Shown piece by piece: positions 1 to 15,500 of a stretch of 64,000 nucleotides of DNA (position 1 is the stretch's first letter; the number at the start of each line of letters is the position of its first letter). Origin of the DNA: an uncultured Clostridium sp. (GTDB lineage Bacteria; Bacillota; Clostridia; TANB77; CAG-508); NCBI GenBank assembly GCA_964507565.1, contig CAZDPV010000002.1:24879-88878 (forward strand), given 5' to 3'. Below the pieces are notes generated by a model. The model ran no database searches and was not told the origin of the DNA. It worked only from the letters and a program-made list of their open reading frames with translations. The position numbers and the translations under genes are program-made.

Positions 1-3000
1 AAAAAAGAAATAAACGGATATGCAGAAATAGAATATGAAGATAATGAAATAGTAAATATCTATAATCAAGAAATAACTTATCAAACAATATCTTCAAAAG
101 CATATTTAGAAATTCCAAATGGAATAAAAATAAATTTATCAAATAAAGTTATTAGTCAAAACGGCGAAAATAAAATGAGTTTAAATAATATGGTAATAGA
201 TTCAGAAGATAATGTTACAATAACTGATTTAGAAGAGCTTCAGAAAAAAGAAAATACGATATCTGAAAATTCAACTAATGAAAACAACACATCTTTAGGA
301 ACAGGAAGTGTTACTCAAGGTCCTACAACAGTAATAAATAACCAAACATCAACTTCTATAACAGCAGGGAATGTAGGAGATTCAAAAACAGACTCAGAAG
401 AAACGGTAGATGAAACTAAAACTGTAATTGCTCCAACATATAAAGTAACAAAATTTGAAACAACATCAACTGGAATAAAAGCAACAATTGCGGTAAATGA
501 TGAAGAATCACTACTAACATCAGATAGCAAAATTAAAGTAATAGATGGTGAAACAGGAAAGTTAGTTTATGAAAATACGGAAAGCTTAGGAGTATATAGC
601 ATAGATGTTGACATATCTACACTTTCTCCAAATACAGAGTACACATTAGAAGTTGAATCAAGCTATACTGTTGATTCAATAAGCTATACAAAGAATTTTG
701 TATACAAGGTATTCAAAACTTTACCCATTGGATTAGGAATTACAAAAGATGTTTATACTTCTGATAGCTTAGGAATAAATGTAGTTTTTGAAAGTGAATC
801 AGATGTTAAAGAAGTAGAGGTTGCACTACTTAACAATAAAGGTGAAACAATAAAAACTCAAAAGGTTTATAATAAAGGTAAGACTGAAAACACAAGCAAC
901 GTGGAATTTACACAATTAGAATCAAATACAGAATACACAGTAGAATTACTTAATGCAATATATAATGGACAAGTTATATCAAATGGCTTCGACATAACTA
1001 AAAATTGCAAAACACTAAAGGAAAAACCACAAATTAGTAATCCTGAATTTGAAATAGACAAAAGAAATGGCAAATTTAACCTGGATTTAAAAAACTCAAT
1101 TGACAAAGATAGTGGAATTCAGGAATATAGATTTGAAGTATATGATACAAGACAATCTGCTGCAAAAACACCAATAATGTCATTATCAACAAATGGAACA
1201 CAAACAAGCTTAAAGGTTGATAACGATAAAATATTTAGAAATGTAGCATATATTTTCAAAGTTATTGCAATATTCAATGATAATGAAAAAATCCATGAAT
1301 ACGAAAGCGAATTTAGTGATATTATGCAATTAGATGGAACTGAATTTCCAACAATATCATTCGAAAAGAAAGAGGTTACGTACGAAAGAATCGAAGGGAC
1401 AATAATAGTTGAAGACAAAGGAAACGCAATCAGCCTAAAAAATGGAAATAAATTTACCGTAATCTATAATGACTCGGTTGGAGGAAAAAATGAGTCATTT
1501 ACATCAGAGGGAAGTCTTAAAATTCCAGTATCAGTAAATAATTTAAGAGCAAACGAGACTTACAAATTTTCAGTATATACAACAGTAGATTTACAAGATG
1601 GCAATGATCCAATTAAAGAATGCTTTATAGGTTCAGTAATTGTAAAAACAGAATTACCTAAAAATCTAGTAGCAAATTTTAAAACTAATAAACAAAATAC
1701 AAAAAGCACTTTTGATGTAACGTTTCAACTAGCAAAGGAAAATCAAAGCCAAACTGATTTAGAATCACAGACTCTTACAGGAGTTACATTTAGTATTTAT
1801 CCAGGACAAACAACTGATGGAAAATTGCCAACTGGAACTCCAAAGCGAACTGTTAAGATTGTGGATAGCGATGTTTCAGCATATTCAAGCGAAATAAAAA
1901 CAAATTATTATGACCAAAGTAAATCAATTAATCCAACGTTTTTTGGGTCACAAAACAATGATTTTAAGGACAAATATTATACACTTGTTGTTTCAAAGGC
2001 TTACGACTATACAGATTATCAAAATGCCTTACCAATAATAAATAATGTTTACACAATTGAAACAAATGGATATATGCCTGACCTACCAGGGGACGTTAAT
2101 GATGCACTGCAAGTCAACGTAATTAGAAACAGAGATTCTAGTTCAATAAGAGAAGAATTGGATGCAAGCACAATTGTGGGATATACCGTAAAAGCAAGTT
2201 ATGATAATTCCGATTACTATGCAAAAAAAATAATATATAAAGCGTATAATGCAATATCAAAAGCTTTAATATCAACTAAAGAAGTGAGCATGGACAAAAC
2301 ATTAGAAATTCCTAGTGTAACATTTGATGTAAAAGATGGAATAGATTCAGCTAGTACTGATGATGAAAATCTAACAAGAGGAAATACTTATTACTTTACT
2401 TATGAAGCAGAACTTGACTTAAATGGCGATGGAGAAGCAGAAACTCATTATCCATATAATAGCAACGGACAAGCAGTAACACTTAAATCAAAAGATGTTA
2501 TTCCAGAAAAGCAAGAGGCAAAAATAGAAATGTTTCCAATAATATCAACAAAAAACACATATTCATTTGGAATTAAAATAATAGATATTGACAAATCAAT
2601 AAATACAAATACAGCTAGTGCAAAGATAGATGATAAATTAGTAGATACAGAAGTATTAGACAAGACATCAAATCAATATGGACAAATAACATTTAAAAAC
2701 CTGTCAAAAGGAAATTTGGAAATATATATAACACAAAAAACAATCAATACTGAAGACTCAAAAAAAATATATTTAATTTATCAATACTTTGAAGGAATAA
2801 AAAGCATTAGTGATATTAAGTTTAAAAAGAGCTTAGAATCAAACAAATTACTTATAACATTGATAGATTCTGGAGAACAAATCAACAATATAATAGCGGT
2901 AAAAGTTACTCTTGAATCAACAGATGGAACGGTAAAAATAGAAAAAGATATGTTAAAACCAACAAATAATATTATAAGCATAAATTTAAATGACATTAGT

Positions 3001-4755
3001 GATTTACTCAATAAAGAAACTAAAGTATCAGTAAAAGCTTACTATGATAGTGGAATAACTGGATATAATTTAGAACAAAATCACTTTGTAACATATCAAA
3101 AACCATATCTGTCTGGGGAAACCGTATACTATTATAAGATAGATGGTAAAAAACAATTTGTTGATACTCCAGATATACTAGGAAATATATATATAAGTAC
3201 AAGAACAGAAAACTCTTTGCAAATAGTTAATGCTATGACAACAAGTTTAACAACAACAATAACACTTGATATTACAAAAAACGGATTCACATATAATGGA
3301 AATGTTATTCTACCAAAACAAGTAAATGAGCAGGAAATCGTTTCAGAGGATGGCGATAACATTATTAAATTCGATGTAATAATAACAGGAATAACTCTAA
3401 AAGATAATAAGGGAAATCTAACAATATCATCAGAGCTAGACAACGTTAGTTTTGAAGCATCTCTTTTAACAAAAGAATCTGTTAAGGATGATTTGATATA
3501 TATAGAGATATATCAAACTGACGAAAATGGAAAAACACAATACTTAACTAATACTATTTCAAAGTTAACAAGTGATTTTAACAGTAAAATTACAATAGAT
3601 GGTTTAAAACCAAAAACATATTATTTTCTTAAATTTAGAGCAAATTTTGACACATCAGATGGTGTTTCATCAAAATACTTATATGATATAGATTACGAGG
3701 TAGAGGGGAAGCAATATTATTTTTCAACGCTTGCAAATGTTGGAATAACAAATATAAGTGTAAAATATAATCCAGTTGATTATGATAACAAAACAATTGA
3801 CATAACATACAACCTTGATAAAATAATGGGATATAAGAAGATAGCATATAAGATAGAAAAATATAATGAAGTTACAAAATTATATGAAGAAACAGGAATA
3901 AAAATATCAAACGATGTACTATTTAAAAATGAAATGACTAAAAAAATAGTATGCAACCCAACTGGAGCAGATACAAAAATTATATTCGGAAAAAAATACA
4001 AAATTATAATTGCACCATTAACAGAATATACATATAATGGAACTACTACAACCTTAGATCTAGGCACAAAAGAATATGAATTTGAGCTTCAAGAACTTTC
4101 TAATCCAATTATTGCTTTAAAAGGTTCAAGATCGGGAGAAAGTAGTGCATATTTTAAAGTAACAATATATGATAATGATAAAATAATAGTTGGTGGAAAT
4201 TATTCTGTACAGATTTTTGAAAATGGTTCTATAGATATTACACCAGAGGAGTACGTAAATCAAAAATATTCAATAAATACATTTAATAAAACATTCTCTA
4301 TCTCAAACGTTAATAAAACAAGTAAATATAAAATACTAATAAAATGCAAAATAGATAAAAAGAACAATGGAAATGAAATAACAGACTTTGAAAAAAGTTA
4401 TGAATTACCATCTGTAAATGAATATGGAATTTCAGTAGGAAACGTTTCAACAGCAACAAACTTGAATGGTGGAATTTATAAAATTGATTTAATTTTTAAT
4501 AGTTCATACAAACTAAACGAAATAGACATGGTGAAATATTCAATTTATAATGTAAGCGGATATTCGCAAAGTAATGAGGAAAACTTTATACCAACTGAAA
4601 TAAATTCAGAAGATGGTGGTTTATACTATAAATTTACATTAAATAATAATATGAATGATTGTGATCAGGGAACTTATTATATTGAATTACAATTTTATAA
4701 AGATGGAAATTTAGTTGACGAAACAACAGTTGAACATGTTTATTTAAAAGAATAA
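1..4755 (+). CDS. Giant surface/secreted protein built from tandem FN3/Ig-like beta-sandwich modules (5' end lies outside the window)
   Basis: Frame 1 is open from nt 1, with no stop before the ATG at 175 used by the ORF track, so the gene is truncated by the window edge. It has at least 11 modules of about 90-110 aa, each with an FN3-like strand signature (SPNTEYTLEVES, ESNTEYTVELLN, RANETYKFSVYT, KPKTYYFLKFRA, KTSKYKILIKC). There is no C-terminal TM or LPXTG. The stop is TAA at 4753-4755. Confidence 0.8.
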   Translation, partial: KKEINGYAEIEYEDNEIVNIYNQEITYQTISSKAYLEIPNGIKINLSNKVISQNGENKMSLNNMVIDSEDNVTITDLEELQKKENTISENSTNENNTSLGTGSVTQGPTTVINNQTSTSITAGNVGDSKTDSEETVDETKTVIAPTYKVTKFETTSTGIKATIAVNDEESLLTSDSKIKVIDGETGKLVYENTESLGVYSIDVDISTLSPNTEYTLEVESSYTVDSISYTKNFVYKVFKTLPIGLGITKDVYTSDSLGINVVFESESDVKEVEVALLNNKGETIKTQKVYNKGKTENTSNVEFTQLESNTEYTVELLNAIYNGQVISNGFDITKNCKTLKEKPQISNPEFEIDKRNGKFNLDLKNSIDKDSGIQEYRFEVYDTRQSAAKTPIMSLSTNGTQTSLKVDNDKIFRNVAYIFKVIAIFNDNEKIHEYESEFSDIMQLDGTEFPTISFEKKEVTYERIEGTIIVEDKGNAISLKNGNKFTVIYNDSVGGKNESFTSEGSLKIPVSVNNLRANETYKFSVYTTVDLQDGNDPIKECFIGSVIVKTELPKNLVANFKTNKQNTKSTFDVTFQLAKENQSQTDLESQTLTGVTFSIYPGQTTDGKLPTGTPKRTVKIVDSDVSAYSSEIKTNYYDQSKSINPTFFGSQNNDFKDKYYTLVVSKAYDYTDYQNALPIINNVYTIETNGYMPDLPGDVNDALQVNVIRNRDSSSIREELDASTIVGYTVKASYDNSDYYAKKIIYKAYNAISKALISTKEVSMDKTLEIPSVTFDVKDGIDSASTDDENLTRGNTYYFTYEAELDLNGDGEAETHYPYNSNGQAVTLKSKDVIPEKQEAKIEMFPIISTKNTYSFGIKIIDIDKSINTNTASAKIDDKLVDTEVLDKTSNQYGQITFKNLSKGNLEIYITQKTINTEDSKKIYLIYQYFEGIKSISDIKFKKSLESNKLLITLIDSGEQINNIIAVKVTLESTDGTVKIEKDMLKPTNNIISINLNDISDLLNKETKVSVKAYYDSGITGYNLEQNHFVTYQKPYLSGETVYYYKIDGKKQFVDTPDILGNIYISTRTENSLQIVNAMTTSLTTTITLDITKNGFTYNGNVILPKQVNEQEIVSEDGDNIIKFDVIITGITLKDNKGNLTISSELDNVSFEASLLTKESVKDDLIYIEIYQTDENGKTQYLTNTISKLTSDFNSKITIDGLKPKTYYFLKFRANFDTSDGVSSKYLYDIDYEVEGKQYYFSTLANVGITNISVKYNPVDYDNKTIDITYNLDKIMGYKKIAYKIEKYNEVTKLYEETGIKISNDVLFKNEMTKKIVCNPTGADTKIIFGKKYKIIIAPLTEYTYNGTTTTLDLGTKEYEFELQELSNPIIALKGSRSGESSAYFKVTIYDNDKIIVGGNYSVQIFENGSIDITPEEYVNQKYSINTFNKTFSISNVNKTSKYKILIKCKIDKKNNGNEITDFEKSYELPSVNEYGISVGNVSTATNLNGGIYKIDLIFNSSYKLNEIDMVKYSIYNVSGYSQSNEENFIPTEINSEDGGLYYKFTLNNNMNDCDQGTYYIELQFYKDGNLVDETTVEHVYLKE

Positions 4756-4775
4756 AAATAAATTGGAGGTAAAAG

Positions 4776-6445
<1,670 letters not shown>

Positions 6446-6492
6446 ATAGATAAAATATAAAAAGTCTAATGCTATTTTACAGGAGAAAAAAT

Positions 6493-7320
6493 ATGATAAA
6501 ACTAATTATACCAGCAATAATAATGGAATTCTTAATGTTTGGATTTTCTATATATATTTTTGATAATCTCTCAAAAAGGATAAATAACAGAGTAAAAAAA
6601 TATTTTATAGACAAACTTCAAGATTATAATTATTTAATTGAAGAAAAAGCTAAAGAGCTTGAAAATTTGAGAAATTTGGTAGATAATGAAAATAATAAAA
6701 TAAAAAAACTTCAAGAAACGCCAGAAAGCACATTCTCAAAAACTATAGAGAGCAAGTTAAAGAAAATGAAGAAATTTAAAGAGGGAAAAATCAAACTAGT
6801 AGAAGAAGAAGATATAATTTATGATATACCAACTCCTGCATATAGGGAAGAGTCATTCTTTAAAAATTATAAAGAGCTAAAAAAGAACTTTAACGTGGAT
6901 ACACAAAATGTATTAGAGAAATTTGTTAAGGAACATAAGAATACAAAACAAGAAGATGAAGCATATAAAATTCTTACAGAATTCAGGTCTAAATTTAATC
7001 AAAATACAATTTATGATTGTTTAACATTAAATTCTAATAATCAATACAATTTAATGAAAGAAGTAATGTCCTCAAAAGAAAAAAACACAATTAACTTTGA
7101 GGAAAAATTTATGCAGGACAAGAAATTTACAATATTAAAATTATTAAATTATGTTGACGAGCTGATAAAAAAATACGATCCAACAATATATGTATATGTC
7201 GGATCAGACAGTGTTGATTATAATTATATTGAAAAGAACATCAAGACATATTTTTATAAAAACATGTCCGAAGGAATAATTATAAACTATAAAGGAAAAA
7301 TGTATGACTATAGTATATAG
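6493..7320 (+). CDS. Peripheral-stalk-like protein: b-subunit-like N-terminal TM plus coiled coil, with a delta/OSCP-like C-terminal end (candidate b-delta fusion)
   Basis: I prefer the ATG at 6493, 7 nt after AGGAG (6481-6485); the ORF track starts at 6469 in the same frame. It has one N-terminal TM (IIPAIIMEFLMFGFSIYIF) followed by a long K/E-rich helix. The C-terminus EGIIINYKGKMYDYSI resembles by eye the OSCP/delta C-terminal pattern (GG-x-x-[VI]-x-x-G-x-x-[IV]-x-D-x-S). It occupies the atpF/atpH position between c and alpha. Confidence 0.55.
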   Translation: MIKLIIPAIIMEFLMFGFSIYIFDNLSKRINNRVKKYFIDKLQDYNYLIEEKAKELENLRNLVDNENNKIKKLQETPESTFSKTIESKLKKMKKFKEGKIKLVEEEDIIYDIPTPAYREESFFKNYKELKKNFNVDTQNVLEKFVKEHKNTKQEDEAYKILTEFRSKFNQNTIYDCLTLNSNNQYNLMKEVMSSKEKNTINFEEKFMQDKKFTILKLLNYVDELIKKYDPTIYVYVGSDSVDYNYIEKNIKTYFYKNMSEGIIINYKGKMYDYSI

Positions 7321-7346
7321 AAAATAATTAAGAAAAGGAAGAAAAA

Positions 7347-8685
7347 ATGGGTACACATATTGAGGATTTATTAAATAAAAAAATAGAGCAAATTAAGACA
7401 GAAGAAAATGTTTTTGATTCTGGAAATGTTACAAAAATAAAAGACTATATAATTGAAGTTTCCGGATTGGAAAACGTTAGGTTTTTTGAAAAAGTAATAA
7501 TCCAAGGTAAGGGAATGGGATATGTAAATCAAATAAATGAAAATTCCGTAATAATTGCATTGGTAAAGCAATATGCCCCAATCCAAATTGGAGATATTGT
7601 AAATTCAACAGGAGAATTATTTAAAGCAATATTTGCAAAAGAAGCAATGGGAAGAATAACAGATTTATTTGGCGTCGATTTATTAACAGGAAGAGCTTTT
7701 GAAAACTTTGAATATATAAATATAGAAAACAAAACTACTCCAATAATGGACAGGCGAGAAGTAAACAGACCTCTTAAAACTGGAATATCAGGAATAGACT
7801 TAATATACCCAATAGGAAAAGGACAAAGACAGTTAATAATAGGCGATAAAAAAACTGGAAAAACGCAAATAGCTCTTGACATAATTGCAAATCAAGCAAA
7901 TGTAAGGCGAGAACAAGGAGACAATATAGTTTGCATATACATAGCGGTAGGAAAAACAAAAAAAGAGATTAAGAATATTTATAATGAACTACTTAGAAGA
8001 AATGCATTATCATATACAATGATTTGTGCTGCAACTAATGATGATAAGCCACCTGTATTAAGTCTTATTCCTTATGTAGGATTATCTATTGCAGAAGAAT
8101 ATATGAAAATGAAAAAGGATGTAATTGTAATAATAGATGATTTAAAAAAACATGCACAAGCATATAGAGAGATTAGCTTAATATCGAATAAAACACCAGG
8201 AAGAGACGCATATCCATCTGATATTTTCTATACGCATGCTCGTTTGTTAGAGAAAGGTTGCCAATATAAAGACGGAGGTTCAATTACAATTTTACCTATA
8301 ATGGAAACAAAAGGTGGAGATATAACAGATTATATATCAACCAATATTATTTCAATAACTGATGGACAGCTTGTATTATCAGAAAAAAACTTTAGCGCAG
8401 GATTTAAACCGGCAATTGACTATGGAGTATCAGTATCTAGATTAGGTGGAGCAGTTCAAGAGGAAAGTGTAAAGAAATTAGGAGCAACAGTAAGAAGAAA
8501 ATTCTTAAGCTACTTGGAAATGAAAGAAGTATATGAGCTTGCGAATATGGATGAAATGAGTCCAGAATTAAGACAAAAAATGAAAGAAGGAGAAGCTATA
8601 CAAGAAGCATTAAAACAAGATAAATTTTCTCCTCTGTCAAATGCGGAAATAATTGATAAATTTAATATGTTAGGTGAGGATGCAA

Positions 8686-8696
<11 letters not shown>
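7347..8696 (+). CDS. atpA: F1 ATPase alpha-subunit-like protein (449 aa, short C-terminal domain)
   Basis: Contains RPLKTGISGIDLIYPIGKGQRQLIIGDKKTGKT (alpha Walker A, GD-x-x-TGKT). Also has ITILPIMETKGGDITDYISTNIISITDGQ and FKPAIDYGVSVSRLGG, the region containing the alpha arginine finger. The N-terminal beta-barrel is present. It is about 50 aa shorter than typical alpha subunits of about 500 aa. Confidence 0.9.
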
Positions 8697-10828
<2,132 letters not shown>

Positions 10829-10865
10829 AATATACAAAACAAAATATTATATAGAGGTAAATTAG

Positions 10866-11159
<294 letters not shown>

Positions 11160-11174
11160 AAGAGGAGAGAATTT

Positions 11175-11744
11175 ATGATACAAACAATAATGTATAATGT
11201 TAGTAAAAGTGCAATTCCAATGTTAATATACTTAGGAATAATAGTATTTACTGGATTCCTCATAAATTTCTCAACAAAAAAATTTGATATTCATAAAAAA
11301 ACAGTTATGTTTGGAGGAATGTTAGTTAAACTTCATAGAAGGCAAATAATCTCAATAACTGCAGTTATGATAAGAACATTTCTAATAATATATGCATCTA
11401 TAAACTTTAAAGAAAATTTGGTATTGTACTTTACGATGATTATTATGGCAGATATAGTTTATATTTTTATGAATCCCAAAAAAATAGTATTTGAAATTAT
11501 AAATACTTCTGCACAGGGAATTTTAATATATATAATAAGTCTACTAAGCACATATCGAGTTGAAATTAGTGATGAACTATACGTAAAACTAATGCAAACA
11601 TTGCTTATTATTTTTATAATTGTGTATGCAATATACTTTTTATTTAAAAATTTTGAAGAAATAATATCAAAAAAATATAAAATAACAAAAAGAGAGAAAA
11701 AAGACCAAGAATTGAAGGGAGAATTAAATGAAAAAAATAGCTAA
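11175..11744 (+). CDS. Polytopic (about 5 TM) membrane protein of unknown family; speculative minimal stator or a-subunit substitute
   Basis: GAGGAG RBS. Hydrophobic segments include AIPMLIYLGIIVFTGFLINF, IISITAVMIRTFLIIYASI, LVLYFTMIIMADIVYIFM, AQGILIYIISLLSTY and LMQTLLIIFIIVYAIYFLF. There is a buried Arg in TM2 and an Asp in TM3. IRTFLIIYAS loosely resembles the a-subunit LRLFGNMYAG helix. The C-terminal tail is K/E-rich. Confidence 0.6.
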   Translation: MIQTIMYNVSKSAIPMLIYLGIIVFTGFLINFSTKKFDIHKKTVMFGGMLVKLHRRQIISITAVMIRTFLIIYASINFKENLVLYFTMIIMADIVYIFMNPKKIVFEIINTSAQGILIYIISLLSTYRVEISDELYVKLMQTLLIIFIIVYAIYFLFKNFEEIISKKYKITKREKKDQELKGELNEKNS

Positions 11745-12459
11745 TAAAACATCACAAAATGCTTTAATAAAAGATATTGTCATAAAAATAGTATTAGTAT
11801 TATTACTTCTAGATGTAATATTTATTGCAATATACTATATCAAACAGCTAAATACAACAGAAGTAGAAAATCATAGCTTCTATCAATACTTAGGTGGTCA
11901 AAAGCAAAGTTATGCAGGAAGTATTAAAATAAGCAAAAACGGTGATATAACAGAATTAAAATGTAACGATATTGAAATCGAATTAGACTCAACACCAGTG
12001 TATTATTCAGATATAGAAAATACCGCAATATTACCAGAACAAATGTCAATTATTTATCCAAAAGAAAATGGAAAAACATATAGAACAACAAGATTCTCTA
12101 TATGCTCAATAAAAGACAAATCTGTGTATATTGAAATGAGTAAAAGCGAAAAATTAGTGCAAAATGCAATTCTATATGATGGAGATAATTTGTATTTTTT
12201 TATAGAGCAAACAAAGCTAATGATTGGTAATAAAGAGTATGATATTTCACCATTATCTTATGTATATGCAAAATACAATGAATATGTAGAAATTTATGAT
12301 AAGAAAAGTGATACATTTCAAGTGGTAGAATGTGCAAAAAAGAATGTAACAGCAAGCAATGGCTCATATATAATAGACTTAAACACAGGCAGTTTAAAAA
12401 ATGGAGAAAAAGAACAGCTATTACTTAAAAAGTTTAATTCATTAGAAATTTTAAAATAG
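11728..12459 (+). CDS. Single-pass membrane protein, unknown function
   Basis: ATG follows AAGGGAG and overlaps the previous gene by 17 nt. The N-terminal TM is IVIKIVLVLLLLDVIFIAIYYI, followed by an extracytoplasmic domain of about 200 aa. Confidence 0.6.
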   Translation: MKKIANKTSQNALIKDIVIKIVLVLLLLDVIFIAIYYIKQLNTTEVENHSFYQYLGGQKQSYAGSIKISKNGDITELKCNDIEIELDSTPVYYSDIENTAILPEQMSIIYPKENGKTYRTTRFSICSIKDKSVYIEMSKSEKLVQNAILYDGDNLYFFIEQTKLMIGNKEYDISPLSYVYAKYNEYVEIYDKKSDTFQVVECAKKNVTASNGSYIIDLNTGSLKNGEKEQLLLKKFNSLEILK

Positions 12460-12505
12460 ATTTTAAAAATTGCGTATATGAAATTCTAAATCAGGAGAAC
12501 TAAAA

Positions 12506-15500
12506 ATGAATAAAAATGAAATAAAAGATAAACCAAAATTACATAAAAAAGGTAAAATAGCAAATCTAATAAGAAGCAATATACCAATGTTTCTAATAGT
12601 ATCAATTGGGCTACTAATAATATTATTAGTGGCACTTTATTATATATTTATGCACTTTGCTCCAGTATATGTAATCGAAAAAAGTGGATATGCAGTAAAG
12701 GATAAATTAATATATCAAGGATTACAGACATCAAATTTTAGTAGTGCAGAAAAACGAGTTAGCCTATTAGAAATTTCAGAAGAAGATACTCTATACAAAA
12801 AAATAAACAGTTATTATATTGGTGGAAATAGTAAAAAAGCTATAAACTTAAATTATCCAATATATTTAGAAGATTCAGCAATGCTAAATTTAAGTAAAGA
12901 AATGAATTTGATCACAAATTCTTTTGAAGAGGTAGGAGGATATCCAAATTTTACAATAATAGATGGAAAGATGTATAATGAAAAAGATTTAACAAGAGCA
13001 GATAGCAATGAATACATATTTCTTAAAAATAAAGAGAATTTGTTTGTAAATATTAAAGAAATATATATAAAGACTTCTACAAATGAATATAAAATACCAA
13101 TAAATAGTATTATAAATTTTAACAAAGAATTTGTTAGTTATTATAAATTACAAGACAAAGATAACTTAGAATATAGTGTAATACAAGATATAGACTTAAG
13201 TAGTATAATTACAATAAATAATGAAAGTGATAATTATGAAAATATATTAAAGAAACTTAAAATTATACAAGAAGAAAAGAAACAGGATGTAATTGTAAAT
13301 GAAATAGAAGAACCTGTTAAAAATGAAACACCCAAAAATGAAATAACGGAAAATAAAGAAGAAGAAAAAACGGACGATGAAGAAAAAAAATATATTGCTC
13401 CAGAAGTAAAATGTACAGACTTTACTGCAAATGTTTATACTGCAAAGACGAATTTATATATAAGTGACCCAAGCGGAACGATTCAAAAAGCAGTAGAATT
13501 TACAATATACAAAGATGGTAAGGTATATCAAAGAGCTCAAACTTTAGTAGGAGGAAACATTTTAATAAGTGGACTAATGCCAGATTCAAAATATTCAATA
13601 ACAGGAGAGTACACATACAAAAAAGAATCAGGAGAAAAAGTAATAAAAACATTTTATGAAGGTACGTTTAATACCAATAGATTAGAAACACTAGAAACTA
13701 TAAATTTGGAATTTGAGAATGGAGAAATATTTCCAACAAAGATTGAAATAAAAGATTTAAAAATAAATAATGATTTATATAATGACGAAGTTTTATATGG
13801 AATATCAAAAATAGTATTGGATACAGGAAAATCTAAATATAATTTAAGAGCTTCACAAATAAAAGAACTACTAAATGGAAATAAAATAACATATCAAACC
13901 GACCAAAATATAACAAGTAATAGTAATATAAAATATAAATTCCATATATATGATAAATTTGAAAATGAATTATCAGTCTCAAATAGTGAAGGGGAAACTA
14001 TAACTTCAAAAAGAGCTCCAACTTTAGTATTAAATGCAAAAAGTCAAAATATAACAGAAGTAAATGTAGGAATTAAAGTTAATAACAAGGATAACGTTAT
14101 AATAGAAAACTATAAATATGCTATATACGATGGGGAAGGGAAAGAAGTAGAAAGCCAAAACTTAAAATCATTACCAAGCGAAATTAAGATAAGAGATCTA
14201 GACCCTAATAAATTCTATGTAATAAAAATATTTGGAGATTATGATTTGGAAAACAATCAGGGAAAAACATATAATGTTGAACTGGGGGAAGCAAAATTTA
14301 CGACGTTACCAATATCTTCACTAGGATATGTATACATTGATGATAACTTAAAAGATATAAAAAGTAACCAAACAACAATTTCTATAAAAATAAATACTGA
14401 AAAAACTGATACTAGATTGGTAGAAATATTATCACAATTTAATATAAAAATAAAATCAAACAAAGATAATAAAGATACTCAAGACTATAACTTATCAAAC
14501 GAAGACCTTCTCAAAATAAAGCAGGGAAATGAATTTGAATACATATTCCAAAATCTAAATTCTAACACTAAATATTCTATTGAAGTAGAAACGAGGGCAA
14601 AACAAGGAGCTTCAACGGAAAAAGTAGGTGTAAATTTCGAGATAACGGACTTTATTACACTTAAGGAATCTGCTAGTGTACAAATTAAAAATCAATTTGT
14701 TACAGGAGAAATAATAGATTTTGATGCAAAAATAGTAGATAAAGATGAAGCTGTTTTAAATAATTCTGTACGTATGGAATTAAGGGACGAAATGGATAAG
14801 CTACTATCAATAGAAGATATGAAAACAAATGAAGAATATAAAAGAGAGACATTCAATAAATTGAGTAGTGGAAAAACATATAAAATATTATTTTACGCTG
14901 ATGAGTATAATGAGGGAAGTAAAGATGATACATACAAATCAAACTATCTTCTTAAAAAAATACAAGTTGTTACTGAGGAGGGGATAAGTGGAAATTTAAG
15001 ACTAAGTGAACTTAATAAAAAAGAAAACGGAAAAAATCTAATTGATATGGCTTCAGAAGTAAAATGGTATGTATATCCAAATTTTGACACAGGAGACTGG
15101 TATGGAAAAGAGTATAATGAAGTAACAGAAACATTGTCAATTGGAGGACATGGAAACAGTAGAAGATGTGTATATGACTTAACAGATTATTCAGGACAAA
15201 CTGTAACGATGTCTTTTAAGGCAAAGCGTATTACTAAGAACTCAAGCACTCTATATATTCAAAATGCAAGAACAGATAAAAATAGAACAATAGTTAGTGA
15301 CATAAATGAAACAGAATGGAAAAGTTATTCATATACCATAAAACTTGATGAAAGTGGATACCTTGGCTTTTATGTACAAGGTGGTGATGGAGTTCAAATA
15401 AAAGAATTACAGGTTGAACTGGGATCTAAGCAAACTCCATATCAAAAATATAAATATAATATGAGAACTAGATTACAAGTAAATTTAATTGACAAAAGAA

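Noticed and set aside
175-177. The ATG at 175 as the true start of the first giant ORF
   Set aside because: The same frame is open from nt 1 with similar composition (KKEINGYAEIEYEDNEIVNIYNQ...). No RBS is obvious before 175. The gene most likely continues upstream of the window.
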